DNA of 64,000 nucleotides. Source: an uncultured virus (IMG/VR IMGVR_UViG_3300014205_000018) (Duplodnaviria; Heunggongvirae; Uroviricota; Caudoviricetes). A program made the position numbers and the translations under genes. Of this stretch, positions 59,905 to 64,000 are shown piece after piece. The stretch is taken from IMG/VR virus record IMGVR_UViG_3300014205_000018; one strand, given 5' to 3'. Position 1 is the first letter of the stretch, and each line of letters opens with the position of its first letter. The notes beneath the pieces are model-generated. The model was not told the origin of the DNA. It saw only the letters and a program-made list of their open reading frames with translations, and ran no database searches.

Positions 59905-62337
59905 ATGGCGGTCAATTCCATTGCAAAGACGATGACACCGGCGCCGGCCGGGTTGGCCGAGGCAGCCGAGCCCGATATCGAGGTCGAGATTCTGGCGGAT
60001 GTCGGCGACGACGGGGCGCCGGCCAACGATGACGACGGCACCACCGAGGTGACACTGGTGGGCCACGGAGACAACCTCGCCGAGGTCATGCCCGATCAGG
60101 CATTGACCAAGCTGGCCTCCGAGCTGGAGCATGAGATTTTGTTCGACCTCGCGGCGCGTAGCGACTGGGAGCGGGCATACAAGACCGGGCTGGAGTTGCT
60201 GGGTCTGTCGTTGGAGGACCGCACGGAGCCGTGGCCCGGCGCCTGCGGGGTGTATCACCCGCTGATAACCGAGGCGTGTGTACGGTTCCAGGCCGAGCTG
60301 ACCACCGAGACATTCCCCGCCAGTGGGCCGGTGCGTACAAAAATCTTGGGTAAAGAAACACCGGAGAAGAAGGAAGCCGCCGCGCGCGTCGAGGAGGAGA
60401 TGAACCACCAGTTGACCGACGTGATGCAGGAGTACCGGCCTGAGCACGAGCGGATGCTGTGGAACCTGCCAATGTCGGGCTCGGCGTTCAAGAAGGTCTA
60501 CCACGACCCGACGCTGGGGCGACAGGTGTCGATGTTTGTGCCGGCCGAGGACGTGATCCTGCCATACGGCACGACCGACATGGGTACGTGCAACCGGATG
60601 ACGCACCGGATGCGGCGCACGATGGTCGACATCGGGAGGCTGCAGGAGAGCGGGTTCTACCGCGACGTGGATGTGCAGGAGGCCCAGGCCAGTTCCGACG
60701 ACATTCAGGACGAGAAGGACAAGAAAGCCGGGAATTCGCCCATAAACGACACGCGGCCGGAGATTTACGAGGTCCACGCGGACCTGTGCCTGGGAAAATA
60801 CGTCGAAGGGGACGTGGAGGTGCCATTTGACGACGGCGAAGCGCCCCTGCCGTACGTCGTAACGCTGGTCAAAGGACAGACAATCGTCCTGTCGATACGC
60901 CGGAATTGGGCGGAAACGGACGAAAAACACCTGAAAAAGCAGCATTTTGTGCACTATCAGTACGTCCCAGGCTTCGGCGCGTACGGATTCGGGCTGTTTC
61001 ACCTTGTCGGCGGCTACGCGCGCTCGGCGACATCCATTCTGCGGCAGTTGGTTGATGCGGGCACCCTGTCGAACCTGCCCGGCGGCTACAAGGCCAAGGG
61101 CCTGCGGGTCAAGGGCGAGAATGCGCCGATCCGCCCTGGCGAGTTCCGCGATGTGGACGTGGCCTCGGGCACGATCCGCGACAACATCATGCCGCTACCC
61201 TACAAAGAGCCGAGCATCGTGCTGGCCGGGCTGCTGGACAAGATCATCGAGGACGGCCGCCGGCTGGCGGCGACTGCGGACATCGAGATCAGCGACATGT
61301 CGGCCAACGCGCCGGTTGGGACTACGCTGGCGCTGCTCGAGCGCACGCTCAAGGTGATGACCGCCGTCCAGGCGCGTTGCCATTACGTCCTGAAGCAGGA
61401 GTTCAAGCTGATCGCCACGGTGATCCGCGATTACAAGGATGAGGACTACACGTACGACCCGGACGTGGGTTCGCGAAGCGCGCGCAAGGCCGACTTCGAG
61501 ATGGTCGACATCATCCCGGTCAGCGACCCGAACGCATCGACCTTGTCACAACGCGTTGTGCAGCACCAAGCCGCACTGCAAATGTCGGATTCGGCGCCTC
61601 AAATTTACAATCTGCCGCTGCTGCACCGCGGCATGCTGGAGGTGCTGGGGATCAAGAACGCGGCCAAGATTGTTCCGATGCCCGAGGACATGAAGCCGCT
61701 GGACCCGGTGACGGAGAACATGAACATCCTGCACGCCAAGCCGGTCAAGGCATTCATGATTCAGGACCACGAGTCGCACATGGCCGTGCACCAGATGCTG
61801 CTGCAGGACCCCAAGGTCCAGGCGGCGATTGGCCAGAATCCCCAGGCGCAGCTGATGCAGGGCGCGCTGATGGCGCACATCGCCGAGCATGCGGGCTTTG
61901 CCTACCGGCTGCACATCGCGCAGCAGTTGGGTGCCCCGCTGCCAGACCCCGAAGACGACATGGACCCGCAGGTCGAGAAGGAGCTGGCGCCGTTGCTGGC
62001 CCAGGCCGCGCAGCAGGCGCTGATGCAGAACCAGAAAATGGCCGCCCAGCAGCAGGCGCAGCAGATGGCCCAGGACCCGGCGTTCATGCTCGAGCAGAAG
62101 AAGCTGGAGCAGAAAGATCGCGAGATCGCCGTCAAGGAGACCAAGGTCAAGGGTGACATCGCCTACAACGCCGACAAAATCGACCTCGAGGAGAAGAAGC
62201 TGGGTGTCGATGTGCAGTCCAAGACGGGCGACCTGCAGCTGCGCCAGCAGCAGCAAGATGCCAACATTTCTGCCGAGGGCATACGCCTGGGCAAAGAGAC
62301 AACCCCGGCGCCACCGGCGCCAGGAGCCGGTAAATGA
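59905..62337 (+). CDS. Portal protein
   Basis: Follows terL; HPLITEACVRFQ, GSAFKKVY, LRQLVDAGTLSNLPGG; Gln-rich barrel tail. Confidence 0.85.
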   Translation: MAVNSIAKTMTPAPAGLAEAAEPDIEVEILADVGDDGAPANDDDGTTEVTLVGHGDNLAEVMPDQALTKLASELEHEILFDLAARSDWERAYKTGLELLGLSLEDRTEPWPGACGVYHPLITEACVRFQAELTTETFPASGPVRTKILGKETPEKKEAAARVEEEMNHQLTDVMQEYRPEHERMLWNLPMSGSAFKKVYHDPTLGRQVSMFVPAEDVILPYGTTDMGTCNRMTHRMRRTMVDIGRLQESGFYRDVDVQEAQASSDDIQDEKDKKAGNSPINDTRPEIYEVHADLCLGKYVEGDVEVPFDDGEAPLPYVVTLVKGQTIVLSIRRNWAETDEKHLKKQHFVHYQYVPGFGAYGFGLFHLVGGYARSATSILRQLVDAGTLSNLPGGYKAKGLRVKGENAPIRPGEFRDVDVASGTIRDNIMPLPYKEPSIVLAGLLDKIIEDGRRLAATADIEISDMSANAPVGTTLALLERTLKVMTAVQARCHYVLKQEFKLIATVIRDYKDEDYTYDPDVGSRSARKADFEMVDIIPVSDPNASTLSQRVVQHQAALQMSDSAPQIYNLPLLHRGMLEVLGIKNAAKIVPMPEDMKPLDPVTENMNILHAKPVKAFMIQDHESHMAVHQMLLQDPKVQAAIGQNPQAQLMQGALMAHIAEHAGFAYRLHIAQQLGAPLPDPEDDMDPQVEKELAPLLAQAAQQALMQNQKMAAQQQAQQMAQDPAFMLEQKKLEQKDREIAVKETKVKGDIAYNADKIDLEEKKLGVDVQSKTGDLQLRQQQQDANISAEGIRLGKETTPAPPAPGAGK

Positions 62338-62534
62338 TCAACAGTTTTTGCGACATCTTGCGGGACAAGATCAAGGAAGACGTGCAGTCGAGGTTGGACA
62401 ACCTTGAGACTGGCACGGGTTCGTTCGAACGCGATGAGCGCGTTCGCGGGGAAATACGCGGGCTCAGGCTGGCCAGTGAGATGGTCGACGAGCTGGAGGA
62501 GCGCGCGCGTAAGCAGGACAACGAGGAGTTGTAG
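62334..62534 (+). CDS. Small protein downstream of the portal
   Basis: GEIRGL motif. Confidence 0.65.
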   Translation: MINSFCDILRDKIKEDVQSRLDNLETGTGSFERDERVRGEIRGLRLASEMVDELEERARKQDNEEL

Positions 62535-62597
62535 CCACGAATGGCGGGTTTGGCACCGCCCCGTCTTGGCACGGTATGTCATGCACAAGAGGTAAAA

Positions 62598-63023
62598 ATG
62601 GATCAGTTCACACTACCGGAATCGTTCAAGGTACCGAACATCTCCGCCATGGATGCGCCGGCGGACGGCGAGACAGACGGGACGAAGGCCAAGACAGTAC
62701 CGATGCCCACGGGTTGGCGGCTGCTTTGCGTCGTACCCGAGGTCAAAGACACGTTCGATGGGACGCAAATCGTCAAGGCGGCAGAGGTCCAGCGGGCGGA
62801 GGAGCTGACCTCGCATGTGCTGTTCGTCCTCAAGGTCGGGCCCGACGCGTACAAAGACGAGAAGAAATTCCCGTCCGGACCCTGGTGTGCGGAGGGCGAC
62901 TTCGTGTTGACCCGCGCGTATGCCGGCACCCGGTTCAAGGTCTTTGGTCGGGAATTCCGATTAATTAATGACGATCAGGTGGACGGAACCATTGAAGACC
63001 CACGCGGCATAAGTCGCGCATAA
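62598..63023 (+). CDS. groES: GroES-like co-chaperonin
   Basis: PTGWRLL...VLKVGP...GDFVL...YAGT...RLINDD. Confidence 0.75.
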   Translation: MDQFTLPESFKVPNISAMDAPADGETDGTKAKTVPMPTGWRLLCVVPEVKDTFDGTQIVKAAEVQRAEELTSHVLFVLKVGPDAYKDEKKFPSGPWCAEGDFVLTRAYAGTRFKVFGREFRLINDDQVDGTIEDPRGISRA

Positions 63024-63033
63024 GGAGTAGACC

Positions 63034-63975
63034 ATGGCAAACGAAGAATTCAAGTTCCCGGACGAAGTCGAAGACGACGACAAGAAGCCTACGGGTAGAC
63101 CCGAGGATGAGATCGAAGTCGAGATCGTTGACGACACCCCGCCAGCCGATCGCGGCCGCAAACCGCTGGAGGGCGAGGTAGACGAGCCGACCGACGAGGA
63201 GGTCAGCCAGTACTCGGCCAAGGTGCAGGACCGGATCAAGAATCTGACACACGCGCGACACGACGAGCGTCGCAAACGGGAAGCTCTCGAGCGCGAGCAC
63301 GCGGAGATGGACAAGCTGTTGCGGGCCACGCGGGCCGAGCGCGACCAGCTCCAGCAGCGGTTCGGTAAGGGAGTCGAGGTCATCGCCACCCAGGCCAAGA
63401 CAATGGCCGACGCAGATGTGGCCGCGGCCAAGGCCAAGCTCAAGGCGGCCATGGAGGCATTTGACACAGACGCCACGGTGGAGGCGCAGGGTGAGTTGTA
63501 CGAAGCGCAGGTTCGGAAACAAAAAGCTGAAGATTTTCGTTTTGAGCCAACACAAAACGAAAAAACTGTTGTACAGTCGCCACCATCGGCACCCAACCCG
63601 GCTCCGACCCTTGATGAAAAGACGTCCAGATGGATGTCCAGCAACAAATGGTTCGGAGAAGGGGGCGACAAAGCAATGACCGGCTACGCTTTGGGGCTGC
63701 ATCAGGATTTGGTCGAAAAACACGGGCTGGACTACACCCGCACAGACGAGTACTTCTCGCAGATAGACAAGGCCGTGCGCCGCACGTTCCCCGATCGTTT
63801 CCAGGGGGGCCCCAAAAAACCAACTTCGATTGTTGCGCCTGCCGGCCGCGTTGCCGCCGGACCACGCAAGATTCAACTGACGTCGACCCAGGTCGCGTTG
63901 GCCAAGAAGTTCGGAATGACACCCCAACAATACGCCATGGAAGTGGCAAAACTGGAGAACGCTGATGGCAACTGA
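63034..63975 (+). CDS. Putative scaffolding protein
   Basis: Acidic N-terminus, coiled coil, N.WFG, LT..QVALAKKFG...YA C-terminus. Confidence 0.65.
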   Translation: MANEEFKFPDEVEDDDKKPTGRPEDEIEVEIVDDTPPADRGRKPLEGEVDEPTDEEVSQYSAKVQDRIKNLTHARHDERRKREALEREHAEMDKLLRATRAERDQLQQRFGKGVEVIATQAKTMADADVAAAKAKLKAAMEAFDTDATVEAQGELYEAQVRKQKAEDFRFEPTQNEKTVVQSPPSAPNPAPTLDEKTSRWMSSNKWFGEGGDKAMTGYALGLHQDLVEKHGLDYTRTDEYFSQIDKAVRRTFPDRFQGGPKKPTSIVAPAGRVAAGPRKIQLTSTQVALAKKFGMTPQQYAMEVAKLENADGN

Positions 63976-64000
63976 TCGCACACCCCGCGACGCCGAGTCG

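Larger units (their letters stand above)
1..64000. mobile_element. Tailed dsDNA bacteriophage genome (podovirus-like), near-complete, circularly permuted
   Basis: Terminase, portal, tail and lysis genes plus a phage replication module span the window; no host housekeeping genes; two oppositely transcribed arms. Confidence 0.95.

Noticed and set aside
1..64000. tRNA genes, integrase/att sites, stop-codon recoding, DNA-modification cluster
   Set aside because: None recognisable; genes are intact and tightly packed under the standard code

Overview
The whole window is a GC-rich tailed dsDNA phage genome (podovirus-like, probably close to complete and circularly permuted; the host is plausibly a betaproteobacterium, which is inference only). 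It has two arms. The rightward arm (56131-64000, continuing at 1-21739) carries the terminase, portal, a GroES-like protein, a scaffold-like protein, tail and fibre genes, a holin/GH108 endolysin/embedded-spanin lysis cassette and internal virion proteins, including a 2900-aa polyvalent protein. The leftward arm (21696-55712) carries a primase-DUF927 protein, SSB-like protein, SNF2 helicase, an intein-containing PD-(D/E)XK nuclease, family-A DNA polymerase, VRR-NUC nuclease, an AAA/vWA/DUF3150-like module and about 50 small early genes. No major capsid, integrase, tRNA or CRISPR array was seen. The most striking unexplained structure is a layered cis-element system in the early arm: eight copies of a 23-bp palindrome TAACTCCCGA-N3-TCGGGAGTTA, four GATTAATTAATC palindromes, three TGTCAA-N4-TTGACA palindromes, conserved start-associated sequences, an ori-like nested inverted repeat and a G-run tract at the divergence point. 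Other highlights are a Gly-initiated class 3 intein, a Tad2/DUF2829-like gene, tandem receptor-binding cassettes bounded by an exact 38-bp repeat, and a five-member paralogous 'DLWxxK[FW]G' protein family. All family assignments come from motif recognition by eye, not from database searches.
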